Positions 16,501-38,550 are shown, numbered from the stretch's first letter. The stretch: 64,000 nt of DNA from the human T2T-CHM13v2.0 reference genome, Homo sapiens (GCF_009914755.1 NC_060933.1), one strand, 5' to 3'. A program made the numbers and translations. The notes: generated by a model from the letters alone, not told the origin.

Positions 16501-18208
16501 TCATATAAGACATTTGTACATTCACTGGAAACTATGAGTGTTTAAATTCCTTCACCCAAAACTCAAGGAACTTTCCTGTTACAACCACCTTGGCTTAAGC
16601 AATGGACCCATCATGCTTTCCTCATCACCCATCTAAAAACCCCCACCACAGCACCGCCCCTCAAAGGCTGCGCTCAACCCTCATGGTCTGCAAGGCAGAG
16701 TTTTTGTAGGACAATTAACCGCAGGGTGAACAGCAAAAGCCGCCCAACAGCACGTCCAGCAACGTGTTTAAGCCGCCTCCCCGCCACCCCTCTCCCCCAG
16801 CAAAGGGATCTCCTGGGAGATTCTTGGGGGAGGGGTTGCAGAAATCGACAGAGGTCTTGAGTGATGGATACCAACTTAGAATGTGGTCTACTTATTTTAT
16901 TGTGCACTCTGAGCGGTTTATGCTTTAATGCACAGTGAGATAAACGCAAGCTCCCTTCCCAAATCAAGTAATTAGGAATGTCTGACGTAATCAACATCTG
17001 CTTAAACTAAAACACCCCCCCAGGAAAGACTGTGCAGCCTTTCTGACTCGCGTACCTTGGGCCGGCTAGGGCGGCAGGCCAGGATACCTGGAGCGCGCAG
17101 CTCCCAGCAGGACGCAGGAAAAGCAGAGCGTCTCCCAGCCTGCGACTGTCCCGATTCTCACCTTCCTGCAGGAGTGCAGGGAAGGGGGATACTGAAGCCC
17201 ATTTACTAGTAAGAAGTGTCTCACACATTCCGGGGGCTTCAGGCGAACCCCATAGGTCTCTGGCGCTCCTGGGCCTGAAGGCCCCGCCCGCCCTCCTCCA
17301 CCCCCGCAGGGTGCCGAGAATCCGGCCCGAGGCGCGCGGGCGGGAGGTGCTCCCGGAGTCTGCACCGCCAGAGCTAACGCCGCCTCCTCCAGGCAACCTA
17401 GGCAGGTCCCAAGCTGCACTTCCGAACCTCCCCGCCGTTCCTCTGCGCCCCGGATCCAAGCAGCCGAAACCGCGCAGGGACTCGGGGGAAGTGGGGCCCC
17501 GGGAGGAAACCCACCTAGGAGCCGGGCCCCGCCCCTCCCGCCGCCAGCCTCCTACAGGTCCCGGGGGTCCCCCCGGCGCGGCCAGAAGGCGGCCGCGCCC
17601 CAGCCGCTCAGGGACCCGCGATCCCAGTCACAAACCATTTCAATCCAGATCACACACCACTTCGGCCACCCCAGAGCGGTGGGGGAGAGGAGGTTTCAGG
17701 GACCAACAAAAGGGATGCCAAAGAGCCCGTTTCCATCAAGCGGCCCGCGGGCTGGGAAAGTCAGGACCCGGGAGCCGCCGGCGCCCCCACCCCCGCCGCA
17801 AGAGCCGCTTCTCCGCGGCCACGTCCACCCCAGGATTCCGCCAGGCATCAGGCCGCCCTGGGGGTGGGGGGACGCTCCGAGACAGACGGGGGACACTCGG
17901 GGCCGTGTGCCCTTGAAGGAGGAAGACCTCGGGGAGGAAGCCCGGGTCCTGGGACCCTCGGGGCACATCTGCGGACTCGGGTCCCGGGCCCAGGGCGGGT
18001 ACTCACATTCACACTCGCACTCCCACTCGCGACCCTCGGGAAGCGCCACCGAGAGGCTCCCAGCCGCCGCCGCCCGCCCCCAGACTCTGGAAACACTTAG
18101 GCGTCCCCAGAGCGCGGCTTATTGTAACCAGCCCGAGGGGGTCCGGGGTGCGGGCCGGGAGCGGCGTCGGGCGAGATGCGAATGGCCCTGCCTGGCGCCC
18201 CTCGTTCA

Positions 18209-18889
<681 letters not shown>

Positions 18890-20601
18890 TCAGCCGGAGT
18901 TCGGCGGGTCTGCCCACGCAGGAGAGGCGCCCAGAGCGGGTGCCCCCGACTTTCGGGGGCGACACACCCGGGGATCTAGGTCACAAATCAGTAACTCCAG
19001 GCTGCACTGCGCACCGGGACAAATCTGAGAGCCACCCAGCCCCAGACACCAGCGGTGAGGCAGGAAGAGGAGAAGCGAAAGTTGCAAAAGGAAATGTTCA
19101 GGAAAACAAACAGGCCGCCTTGGCACCGGCGCCCTCCCAGGTCGGTGGGGACAAGCGCGTCCCCCGAAATGCTCAAAACTGCCAGGGGTCGAGCTGCGTG
19201 GAGGGAGCCCTCGGGAGCGCGATGCTATCCGAAGCCACCGCGGCTTTTGGTTTACTGTTAAAAGCAAATTGTATAATTTTACCCATTAAAGGCAGAACAC
19301 TATTTGTTCTCTGCAGAGGCCCAGAATGTGCAGAAGTAATTTGCTTCACTTATTAGAGACATTTTGAACGGAATTCAAATAGCATGTTTTCTTGCTTATT
19401 CTTGGTTTTGCTCAGCACATGCAAATGTCTTTGTTTTTCCTCTTAGAGGAAGGAATTGGATTCTCCAGCATCTCAGTTGCTTGTTCCATGAGATTGATCT
19501 TTTAACTGATTATCCAGCAGTTTGTTTGGTGTTTTTGCTGGAGTACCAAGCTCTGTTAATTGGAGGGCATTAGGGAGAGCCCTGGCCTTGGGTGCCAGAC
19601 GTGAGGCCTCAGACGTGGCCAGAAATAAAAACTCTCTTGCTATGGTCTGCGGACAAAATGACTAAGCCAGCTCTAGCTTGTTACCTCTGTTAAAAGTATT
19701 TAGGCGTCCGGCTATCTCTACCCAATTTGTGTAGGGAAATATCTCACGCAGTTCTCATTCCCAGGAGCTGCTGTAAATCCAGTAGGAGAATGGGAGAAGA
19801 TCCTAGCCCCTCCTCAACTGGATGGCAAAATTATTACCAAACTTCTTAGACGGGCTCAGGCTGTTCCTCTGCCCAGGCTGGTGCGGGTCTGAACGGGGGG
19901 GCTGCTCTCCCCAGTGGTTAGAGGACTGCCAGGGGTTTATCTTTGGGGTTTTCCTCCCTTTAGCTTCCCTTAGAATCCTTAAGGATGCTTTTAGAGTAAT
20001 GTTTTAAGAGTAGGTGCTGAAGCACTTAGTTCCACACCCCTCTCTTCTGGATCTAGGGAAAACCCAACAGGGGCTGCAGAGAAGGGTCTTGAACCTGCCC
20101 TGGAAAACCCCTCCCTCAGCAATGCTGTGTCCTTTCCGTGGTGCTGTGCAGCTCGGAGAAGGTGGTCCCAGCACCTTTGCTTTCCACTTCACACAGCGTG
20201 AGCATGTGGCTCCAGAACCATTTCATCAGCAGCCCTGCCATTTATTTTTGTGTGACCTTCAGGAAAATGACCTCATCATGCCCCCATCTGTGTGTTATTT
20301 TCACATGACTGAGGCCCCACAAACCCAACTCAAAGGTTTAAACAGCAACATATATTTTGCTGACAGTTTCTTGGGTGGAGTCAGAAATGTGGGTTATATT
20401 GCATATGATTTCTTAAAAGCCTTTTAAAGCTTTCTTTTTTGGCATTTCTCTCTCACTCTCTCCTTCCCTTTCTGTAGGTTCTGAACTGAAGGATAAACAA
20501 AAAAAGCAAAGTTGGAAGGATGAAAATACAAGCTTTCTCAGTGGTTAAGAGAATATGGCTTACGTCCAAGGCCAAATTGGAGCAACATATTCCTTTCCAT
20601 C

Positions 20602-21114
20602 TGTATTAGTCATCAATTGCCACATAACAAATTGCCCCACGATTTAACAGCTAAAAACAGTAAACATTCGTTATTTCACACCATTTCTCTGGGTCGAGAA
20701 GGCAGGAGAGACTTAGCTAGATGGTGCTGGCTCAGGGTCTCTCAGGAGGTTGCAGTCAGATGTCAGCCAGTGCTGCCATTATCTGAAGGCTCGCTGGGGC
20801 TAGAGGAGTCTCACAAGGTGGATTACTCACATGCTCAGCAAGTTAGTGCTAGGTGTGGATGGGAAGACTCAGTTTGTAGCCACGTGGGCTTCTTGGGCAT
20901 CCTCACAAGATGGCTTCTAGCTTCTCCCAAAGTGAGCAATCCAAAAGAGAGCCAGATAGAAGCCACAGTGTCTTTTATAGCCTAGCCTTGGAAGTCACAT
21001 GCCATAATTTCTGCAGTATCTATTGGCTCCATGGGTGGGCCCTTTGTCATAGAAGGAAACTAAACAGGTTTATATATACCAAGAGATAGGAATCACTGGA
21101 GGCTGACACCACAC
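20602..21114 (-). mobile_element. Old MaLR LTR (MLT1H/I-like)
   Basis: ggctcagggtctctcaggaggttgcagtcagatgtcagcc and gccttggaagtcaca motifs. Confidence 0.7.
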
Positions 21115-21492
21115 CAGCTGTATGGGGACAGCCATTTTCATCCTTGTGATGAACAGCAAGCAAGAGGGAGAGAAAATGAGCAGGGTCTATACTAGCAAGA
21201 CCGGCGGGAACAAGCCCTTGCAGGCCTTAAGAAAGGAGGGAGCCATGCACATATCTGGGAAGAGTATTTGAGCTGGAGTGAAGAGCCAGTGTGAAGATTT
21301 CAAGGCCAGGGGTATCCTGGGATATCTGAGACCTGGGTGGTTAAATTATGTGGTTTAATTCACATTTTCCTGATGAGGAGTCATATTCTATATTTTTTCT
21401 TATGCTTATTGGCCGTTAGCCTACCTTCTTTTGTCAGATGTCTAGTCAAATTTTTGCTGATTTATTTTTATTTTTATTCTTTGTCTCCCTCA

Positions 21493-21863
<371 letters not shown>

Positions 21864-22419
21864 GTTTTTAGAGCTCTTTTTTGTATGTTCTGAGTGAAAA
21901 CTCAAAGAGACAGATATATTTTCTTCCAGTTTCTGGCTAGTTTTCATTTTTTTAATGATGTCTTTTCATAAGTTGCGGTTTTTCATTCTGCTGAAGTCCA
22001 GTTTATCCATTCTTTCATTTGTAGGTAGTGCTTTTTGAGTTTCAATAAATACCAAATCAGACCCCTCCCCCGCTACAAAAAAAAAAAAAAACGATATGGA
22101 GTATCTGGGCATACCAAACTTCACTGCGTGGACGTGGAAAGTAGGTGACTACAGTCCAAGGCCTTGGGCCCACCGCGCTTTTGTGAGGAATACATGCAGA
22201 CCAGTGTGGTAGAGTTTTTCACTTGCTTATTACTTTTTCAGTTAGGAAATCCTCAGCTGAATTGTACCCTTCTGCTCCACTAGCAGGGAGCTCTACAAAT
22301 ATCCCACTGCAAACAAGATAAATCGCCAGACGTGTCAAACACAATGGCTTCATTTCCTCACTCCACACTCCTTGCCAGTCTGCCACCCTGAATCCACACA
22401 AGCAGCTGGGTGTGGTCAT

Positions 22420-23680
22420 CCATGTACTGAACCAACATACATTTTTGTTCTTCTCTCACGCAGTCTCTCTGCAGCATTTTACCCTAGACCATTCCCTCTT
22501 CAAAACATGTTTTCCCTCGGCTTGTATGATATCAAGAGCTCCTGGTTTTGCTTCTACTTATTTAGCCATTTCTCCTTGTTCTTCTTTGCACCTTAACCTC
22601 TTCCACTTGGCGATTATGCTGGTCTTGGTCCTCTGCCATCCTCTCATCTTGCTCCACACTCTCCCGGTGGGAAATCTCTTCCAAGCTCATGGCTTCCAAT
22701 GTCACCTATGTGCCCAGCACCTCCTAAATCTGTAACTCCAGCCTGGCATGCTCCCCTGACCTCCAAACTTACATTTGCAGCTGCCTGCCTGGCGTTTCCA
22801 CATGACTGTCCCAATGGCACCTCAAACTCAAGTTATTTAAATCATGGACTCAAGCTCTACATCGCCCTACCCCAAACCCTGCCCCAAACCTCATCTTTTT
22901 CCCACGTTCCCTCCTGCACTTGATGGCACCATCATCCGTGTAGTTCCACAAGATCAGAAGCCCAACCCCCTCCTTGCCCTCTCTCCTATGTGCACTTAGC
23001 ATCACGGCCTTTGGTCTCCACCCAATGCCCTCTGCCTCCCGTCCTCTCTCTCTATCACCATCACCCTAGCCGGAGATGCTTGTCTCGTTTGCCTGGAGAA
23101 GAGCCTCCTAACTAGTCTTTCCATCTCTAGCTTCCACCTGCTCCAGTCTCCTCTCCACCCATATATGGGAAGATCTCTTCAAACTAAAGCTAACGATGCT
23201 TCTGCCAAATGCCTTGCTCCTGTTCCTAAGTGAAAGCCTGAAATCTTTCATAGCCCTGGGGATCTGACACCTCCTTACCTGTTCAGGCCCATTCTGTGCT
23301 ATGTTCTTGCTCTCTACTTTCCAGCTATTCTGATCTTTCATTTTCTCAAAAACATAGAAAGCATGAACTCCCTTTCACCAGGGGGCGCTTTAGCAAGCAG
23401 TTCTTTCTGCCTACAGCATGCTCTCGCTCACTCCCTTCACTCAAACGACTTTGTCTCATCCCTGTGGATGCCACTTCCTTGGAAATGCCTTCTCTGTTGT
23501 CCTCACCCCACAGTGGGGCAGGGCTCCACGGAAACCCACCTGAGCACAGACCACTGTGCTCTGCATGCTCACTGAACTGAAGTCTGTGTTCCCTGCCGAC
23601 CTGAAACTCCACAAGGAAGAGACTGGCATGTCCCCAGCAATGCCTGTAATGTGCCAGCAGTGTATTTGTGGATAAAAGGA
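22420..23680 (+). mobile_element. LINE-2 3' fragment
   Basis: Pyrimidine-rich L2 motifs (ctcctggttttgcttctac, catggcttccaatgtcacctatg, ggcacctcaaactcaa) ending in a degenerate L2 tail. Confidence 0.72.
23375..23389 (+). promoter_or_regulatory. Candidate CTCF motif TCACCAGGGGGCGCT
   Basis: 13/14 match to the CTCF core CCACCAGGGGGCGC; occupancy unknown. Confidence 0.55.
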
Positions 23681-23892
23681 AGAGAGGAAGGCAGAAAAAT
23701 GCTGACATGTTGAGCTCTGATTTAGGGCAAATAGAATAAATTCTTTTATTTCCCAGTCTGCTGTCTTTCCCTCTAATGTACAGCAGATTCTTTCTTAATG
23801 ATGCTGGCGGTCTCTCCATTTCCCACTTACATGACTGAAGTGTAGACTCATCCTGAAATTATTCATTATCCAGAAACATGGGGCTTTTGTAA

Positions 23893-24698
<806 letters not shown>

Positions 24699-24739
24699 TA
24701 ATCTCCTTAATTGTGTTGAGAATTCTCTTGAAATCAAGT

Positions 24740-25548
24740 ATGTGGTATCTTTGCCAACACCAATTCTCTGATTCACCCAAAATCAGCTGGGTGCCCAGCA
24801 GTTTCATTTTATTATGACACTAGCTATCCAGATTTAGGAGCAGACTCGACAAGTTTAAAGGCTCAGTTCCACAAGACTGACCCCCACGTCAGATGCCAAC
24901 CCCAAGTACTGAGTTCCCAGGTTACCTACACCTCTGTCTGACTTGCTACAAATTCGTGGGTTCCCACAACCTCATCCTCAGTGGGATAATTTGCTAGAAC
25001 AGCTCACAGAACTCAGGAGCACACCTTACTTACTATTGCCCGTGTATTATAGGGACACGGTCAGGAAGAGCCATATGGAAGAGATGCACAGGCTGAGGTT
25101 TGGTGTTAGGAGGCATGGAGCTGCCGTGCATCTCCAGGCACACCACCCTCCCTGTATCCCAGTGCACTCACCAATCCAGAGCTCCCCCAGCCCCATAGGT
25201 GAGGGGTGTTTATGAAGATTCCATTACATAGGCACGATTGATTATATCATTGGCCATGGTGATTTGACTCAGTCTGCAGCTTCTCTCCCTTCCCCAGATG
25301 TTGGGGAGGTGTGCTGAAAGTTCCAACCCTCTGATAAAGATTTGCTGTTTCTGGTGACCAGCCCCTAATACGAAGTTATTTAAGGCCCCGAGCCCAAAAC
25401 CATCTTATTAAGATAAACCCAGGTATGGTCTAAATGAGTTCTTATCAACGACAAAAGACACGATCATTCAGGAAACTCCAAGAGTTTTGGGGCTATGTGC
25501 TATGAACTGAGAACCAAGACCAAATATATACTTCCCATATACCCCATA
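24740..25548 (-). mobile_element. MER21-like LTR
   Basis: ggctcagttccacaagactgaccccc...agatgccaa and ataatttgctagaacagctcacagaactcagg resemble MER21. Confidence 0.65.
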
Positions 25549-25705
25549 TGTGGTCAGGTTTTTCCTGATGGAACAGCTAAAAATAATAGATGTATTTATA
25601 TCATCATGGTTACTACTATAGGATTGTTAGATTAAAATACTAATGCCGCTAAGATTTTTGTTCAGCAAGATTTCATGCCAATAATATCTTCCAAAATCCC
25701 CTTTA

Positions 25706-26358
<653 letters not shown>

Positions 26359-26555
26359 TGGCTTCTGGTCTCAAAAGCACAGTTACAATCTCTATTTCCT
26401 ATGGATTGGCAATCACCAGTTTTGTTGGACAATGCTTAGACATACAGCTACTCTCTTGATTAACACAATCTCTAAAATATATAGAAAATGATGGCTCCAC
26501 CTGCCACTGGAACCTGCAGTGAGCTGCCTTACATCCACCCCACTGGTTTTAATGT

Positions 26556-26990
26556 ATGTTGTGGGTTGAATTGTGTTTCCCAGGAAGCTATTGAAGTCCT
26601 AATCCCAGTATCTATGAATGTGACGTTATTTGCAAATAGTCTTTGCAGACATAATCAAGTTAAGGTGAGGTCACTAGGGTGAGCCCTAATCCAACTGGGT
26701 TTCTTTAGGAAATGGGGAAATTTGGGCCAAGAGACAGACACAAAGCAAGCGCACAGATAGGGAGAACACCACGTGAAGAGTAAAGTTGTGCTGCCATAAG
26801 CCAAGGAATGTCCAAAAGCTGGAGAGAGGCCTGGAACACATCCCTCCCTAGAGCCTTCAGAGGGAGCATGGCCTGGCCAACACTCGGATCTCAGACTGCT
26901 GGCCTCCAGCACTGTAAGACAATAGGTTTCTTTTGTTTAAACCACTTAGTTTTGTGGTCTTTTGTTACGGTCGCCCCAGAAAACTAATAG
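26556..26990 (+). mobile_element. MaLR LTR (MLT1B/C-like)
   Basis: tgttgtgggttgaattgtgt...gagccttcagagggagcatggcc...aaactaata. Confidence 0.8.
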
Positions 26991-27099
26991 AAAGTAATAT
27001 ATGGCCACAGACCAGAGGTAGTAGCCCTTTCAAATTACCACTCATTATAAAATTACTAAACATAAAAAATTGTCTAACATAAAATTATCTCAGCTAGAC

Positions 27100-27102
<3 letters not shown>

Positions 27103-27136
<34 letters not shown>

Positions 27137-27138
27137 AC
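27103..27138. repeat. (CA)n microsatellite
   Basis: Directly visible. Confidence 0.95.
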
Positions 27139-27298
27139 CTTGTGTTAGGGAAGAAGGCCACAGTTCCTTCCCCTCCAGGAGGGTACAAGTGATGTCCATG
27201 GGCTGCCTTGTATACATGGATGCTCTTGCTCTCTGGGAAGTGGCCTAGGCCATCCCTAAACTGGATCCACTCTGAGGGTTCCATCAGAAGGAGATCTA

Positions 27299-27559
27299 GC
27301 CTGTAATCCCAGCACTTTGGGACGCTAAGTCAGGTGGATCACCTGAGGTCAGGAGTTCAAGACTAACCTGGCCAATACGACGAAATCCCATCTCTACTAA
27401 AACATGCAAAATTTAGCCGGGTGTGGTGGCCTGTAGTCCCAGCTACTCAGGAGGCTGAGGCAGGAGAATCGCTTGAACTCAGGAGGCAGAGGTTATAGTG
27501 AGTCGAGATCGCGCCACTGCATCCCAGGCTGGGCAACAGAGTGAGACTCCATCTCAAAA

Positions 27560-27602
<43 letters not shown>

Positions 27603-27634
27603 ATCAAATAGATAAATAAGTAATTAAAAAAAAA
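27299..27634 (+). mobile_element. AluS with (AAAT)n tail
   Basis: Slightly 5'-truncated dimer with a tetranucleotide tail. Confidence 0.9.
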
Positions 27635-27989
27635 AGAAGAAGATCCAGAGCATCCAGAAAAACCTGGATCTTCAAGCTTTAGGTAAGTGGAGCCTAAAGT
27701 CTTCACAAGCAGCAAACCCTCATGTGCTGATGGAAATTGTGATTAGCACATGTGCTGGCTCTGAGACCACCCCCCGCCGCCCCCAAGGTTTCTTGGGTCT
27801 TACAGATATGCAAATGAGGCCATCCTACTGCACTGTTGTTAGTAAGATGTAGTGGTCCTCTCTGGGACTTAGGCAGTCCTCAAATGGAAGGTGACAGGGA
27901 GTTATGACAAGACAGAGACTTCGGGTTATAATTCCCATCACAGTTCAGCAGGATGATCACATGATGTTGCCGCTCTCATCACCCCATGA

Positions 27990-28329
<340 letters not shown>

Positions 28330-28599
28330 TGCTTCTCTCTGTTCTTAATAGGATTTTGGGAGGGTATAGGTGACATCCACCTAAGTGTATGACAGTAGGG
28401 TTGTTGTGGACATGGGCATGGCCTGGCCAGGGCAGGTATATAAATACCTTGCAGTTGTCAGCTGCAGGGAGAAGACAATCCTGTTTGTCTCTTCTCCAAC
28501 AGGCAGTTAACAGAAAAGTCAACACAAATATCTAGTAAATATATGAAAAACAAATAATTTGATTAGTAATCAGAGAAAAGCAAAATGAAATGAAATGTC

Positions 28600-28713
28600 T
28601 TTTTTTTTCTCGATATGTCACCCAGGCTGGTTTTGAATTCCTGGGCTCGAATGATCTTCTGGCCTCAACCTCCAGCATAGCTGGGATGACAGGCATGGGC
28701 CACTGTGCCCAGC
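28600..28713 (-). mobile_element. FLAM/Alu monomer
   Basis: Single left-arm-like antisense monomer. Confidence 0.75.
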
Positions 28714-28924
28714 TTGAAATCCCACTTTTTAACTGGCAAACATTTTAAGGGAAATTGGTACCCCTCATCATTGTGGGTGGGGATATAAAGTGATATACAG
28801 CCATTTTGGAGTGTAACTCAACAGAATTTATTAAGACTTGATTTGCATGCCCAATGGCCTAGTCATTTAGTTCTCTGTATACTTAGAGGATAAGGAGGGA
28901 AGTTCTGTTGATGTTTATTGCAGT

Positions 28925-29750
<826 letters not shown>

Positions 29751-30014
29751 CATACAATACTGTTTTTCATAGCAAAAAAAAATTAGAAATCACCTAAATA
29801 TCTATCAGTAGGGAATGTCTAGATGAACCGTGTGTGTGTATGAGTGTATATATGCACACACACTTATATACACACACATATATACTATGTAATATACAGT
29901 TGTATGGCAGTATAAAAGGATGAGGTAGATCTGTACATACTGACACAGATAGATTCAGGCCTGGAGTTTTTGGACAAGGAATGACCTGGAAGCAGCAATG
30001 AAAGTGAAGGAGAG

Positions 30015-30421
<407 letters not shown>

Positions 30422-30967
30422 TTAAGTAACTAATGGCTTACTCAACTGGGCCCATAGTCCTAGCCAGAAATCCCATAGTGTTTCCCTGGTTGGTTTGCTC
30501 TCCCACCCTTTCTCTTTCCATAAACCCACAACATGGATTCTGCCTCCTCATTCTTAGCTGCAACCTTGCCTCTTACTTCATTGAGAAAAACATACAGTGC
30601 AGCTGTTTGTGAACACTCTCTTTCTTCCTGTTAAGATGAGGCATCTTATCTAACCTTCGCACCTAACAAAGGCAGGAGTCACTGAAGCTTATCTGTTGTC
30701 ATCTGCTCAAGATCAACAGGGTTCTTCCCCTGCCATCTCCTGCAGCTTCTTGTTGCTGCTGTACTGGATTAATCTCATCATCAAATCAAACGTGCTATTA
30801 TTTCTTCCTTATTAAAGAAAAAAGTCCCCTTTGATTCCACATCCCACTTCAGCTACTGCCCCATTTTTCTGTTCCATTTTAGAGCAAACAACTTGAAAGA
30901 GTTGCAAACAACTTGAAAGATACATTGAAGAGTCTGTTCCAATGTATCTCTTGATGTACTCTTTTGA

Positions 30968-31341
<374 letters not shown>

Positions 31342-31553
31342 GTACCTGGCCATACTCTATTTCTTTAGACATGGTTTCCTATAGTTCTTTGGACATACCT
31401 AAGGCAGCCAATTGCAAGTCTTTGGTTTAGTAGGTCTAATGTCTGGGCTTCCTCAGGGACATTTTCTACTGACTGCTTTTTTTCTACATGTATGGGCCAT
31501 ACACTCTTGTTTCTTTACATGTTCCATAATTTTTTGTTAAAAATTATACATTT

Positions 31554-31852
31554 GGCTGGGTGCAGTAGCTCATGCCTATAATCCTAGCACTTTGGGAGGC
31601 CAAGGTGGGCAGATTGCTTAAGCCCAGAAGTTTGAGACCAGCCTGGGCAACATGGCAAAACTCCATTTCTACAAAAAATACAAAAATTATCTGGATGTGG
31701 TGACACATGCCTGTAGTCCCAGCTACTCAGGAGGCTGAGGTGGGAGGATCATCTGAGCCCAGGAGGTTGAGGCTGCAGTGAGCCATGATCATACCACTCC
31801 ACTCCAGCCTGGACAACAGAGTGAGACCTCATCTTAAAAAAGAAAACAAAAA
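31554..31852 (+). mobile_element. AluJ
   Basis: J-type dimer. Confidence 0.88.
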
Positions 31853-31992
31853 ACATGGACATTTAAATAACATAATGTGACATTTCTGGAAATCAGAATC
31901 TCCTCCCCTTTCCAGAACTTCTCCTTGTTGCTTCTTGTTTTAGCTGTTGTTTGTGTGTTTAAAAATTCTTCTGAAATTAATTCTGTCTATAA

Positions 31993-32351
31993 TTGCTTTA
32001 GACTGAATGTTTATGTCCTCCCAAAATTCATGGGTTGAAACCTAATGTGGTAGTGTTAGGAAGTGGGGCCTTTGGAAGGTGATTAGGCCATGAGGGTGGA
32101 GCCCTCCTGAATGGGATTAGTTCCCTTATAAAACGAGGCCCCAGAGAGCTGCCTTGCCCCCCTCCACCATGTGAGGATACAGCAAGAAGGTGCCAACTAT
32201 GAACCAGGAAGAGGCCCTCACCAGATACTGAATCTGCTAGTGCCTTGATCTTGGACTTCCCAGTCTCCAGAACTGTATGCAATAAATTTCTGTTGTTTAT
32301 AAGCCACTCAGGATATAGTATTCTGTTACAGCAGCCCAAGTGGACTGAGAC
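31993..32351 (+). mobile_element. MaLR LTR (MLT1A/MST-like)
   Basis: gaagtggggcctttggaaggtgattaggccatgagggtggagccctc...gccttgatcttggacttccc. Confidence 0.82.
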
Positions 32352-33205
32352 AGTACTCTTTGTCATGTGTGGCCACTGAAGTCTCTGCTTGATTAGCTTA
32401 TTGGCCTGCTATTGATTGAACAGATTTCCTTAAACACCTGGAATCAGTCAGTCTCCCAATCCTTGCCAAGGGCCTGTGTGTGCATGCTGGGACATGCCTT
32501 CCACATTCAGCCAGGCAGCTGACAACTCTGCCTTCGCCTTCACTTCCTGCTGACACAGAAGCTCAGGGTCCATCAGAAGTGGCAGCTTAGGGGCTTCTCG
32601 GGTTTTTTCTGAGTTTGCACAGAGCAGAGCCTTCCAGATTCTCTGGAATGTGTTGGAGCATTTCAAAGCCCCATGGACATCTCATTTTTCAGCTTTTCCT
32701 TTTAAGCTTCCTTGTTAGCCTGTTGTTTTTCCCAACTATGTAGCAGTCAGGTTAAACAGTTGCCTGTAAATATTTTCAACAAACATCTCTGGGAAAAGGT
32801 TTTTCTCTCTAGGCAAGCTCTGAATCTGGTCAAATAGAGACAGCCTTTCAAGTGGAACCTTCCAGGGAACCACCAGACAAACCAAAGAATTACAGTTCTT
32901 TGGGAAGGAGGCTTTGAAGAAGCTCCATCTCCATTCTGCTTTTTCTGGTGGCTAACAGGCTGCTGGTTATCAAGGCTTCTGTGAAGCTGAAGAAGAAATT
33001 GGGAATAGGGCAAGTTAAAGCACCATAATTTTACTGTTTTTACTGAGACTTGGCCTCTTTTTTTGCATAAATACTCCCTGGATTGCTACAAACCTTAGGT
33101 TAATTTCCGGAGTTCTTAGAAAGTTGATTCTGACAGTTCTCTCAGTTTTCCCATTGCTTTTGTGGAGCAGAAAATTTTTAGAGGTTCTTACTTCACCATT
33201 TCCAC

Positions 33206-35050
<1,845 letters not shown>

Positions 35051-36289
35051 ATGTGCTGGTCCAAATGGCCTCTTTTTAGATTTCACTTTCCTCCTGCTTC
35101 TCTTCTTTAAGACATTGTCTGGGAGACTGATGTGATTCATCTTAATAGCAAGGAGAGAGAAGAGTCATCAGATCCACACAGACGCCCGTCAGCTTCACTG
35201 GCAGGATGGCTGAACTGCTTCCCTCACTGGTTCTAACAGGCCTTTTGGAGTGATGTGCCACTACCTTTTCTGGGGAGTCTGTGCTGCCAGCCAAGGGACC
35301 ACCACCTCACATGGTCTTTTCCACCTGAACCAGGGCACTGACATTCCACAGATGTGCTCAGAGTTCCTTCACTGGAGCACATGGGAACTCCTTCTATCCT
35401 ACTGCACAAGAATGTATGATTTATGCATCTCTTAGGGGGTGTAGATTATACGAACGACACATTATGCCATGAGTTCCAACCCTGCTCCTGTCAGGGTTTA
35501 TTTGAGAAACTGATGCCATATCATAAAAATGATATGAACAGTAACAACTAAAATTTATTGGGTCAATTTGAAACAATAAGATTGAGAACTTGTTGAAATA
35601 ATAAAACACAAAGTATTTTTCTTCTTAAGGATAGAAAGAAATTTAGTATTCACATGGGATGGAAACTAAATCCGTCTTGGTAACTCCTGATCTAACCAAT
35701 GTAGCAAAAATAATATAACAGAATGCATACCATCCTCAAAATTGATTATACTCTCAAGTTAAACATTTTCTGAATTGTCATCTATAGCAATGGTCACTGG
35801 CTTGTTGTAAATAGACTACGATGAAGTAATAGTAAATAAATTAATATATGTACAGCATTTAGAATGGTACCTGGCATACTGTAAGCACCATATGTGTAAT
35901 TAAATATACTAATTACGCAACACAAAACTGTGTATTACAATATGTATACTTTCCAAGTGAAAAAAATAGATTAGAGTAACATTACTCTGGAAATCTATCA
36001 ATTGCATCCTAGTAGCATTTGATAATACATCAAGAATTTTATAACCATCAAGAATCCATACAGATGTGATGTTGAATTTCCTGATTGTGTTGCATTTTAG
36101 CCAGGATCCCGCCTTATGTTTAGCCAGCATGTCTTTCATAGCTGAGGCTCCTCAGAGCCCAAATTTGAGCGCAGGGTTTTTGCTTATTCATTTGTTTTTG
36201 TTTGTTTTCTTGAAGCAGTTTAGCACATATATTAAGAGGATGGATTTTGGCTCAGACAATTCAGGCTCTGAGACCATGTGGCCTGAAAC

Positions 36290-38550
<2,261 letters not shown>

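Noticed and set aside
30884-30920. 17-bp direct repeat GCAAACAACTTGAAAGA x2 (similar short duplications at ~13420, ~43926, ~44153)
   Set aside because: Ordinary slippage duplications inside old repeats; two copies only, with no spacer array or CRISPR-like structure.
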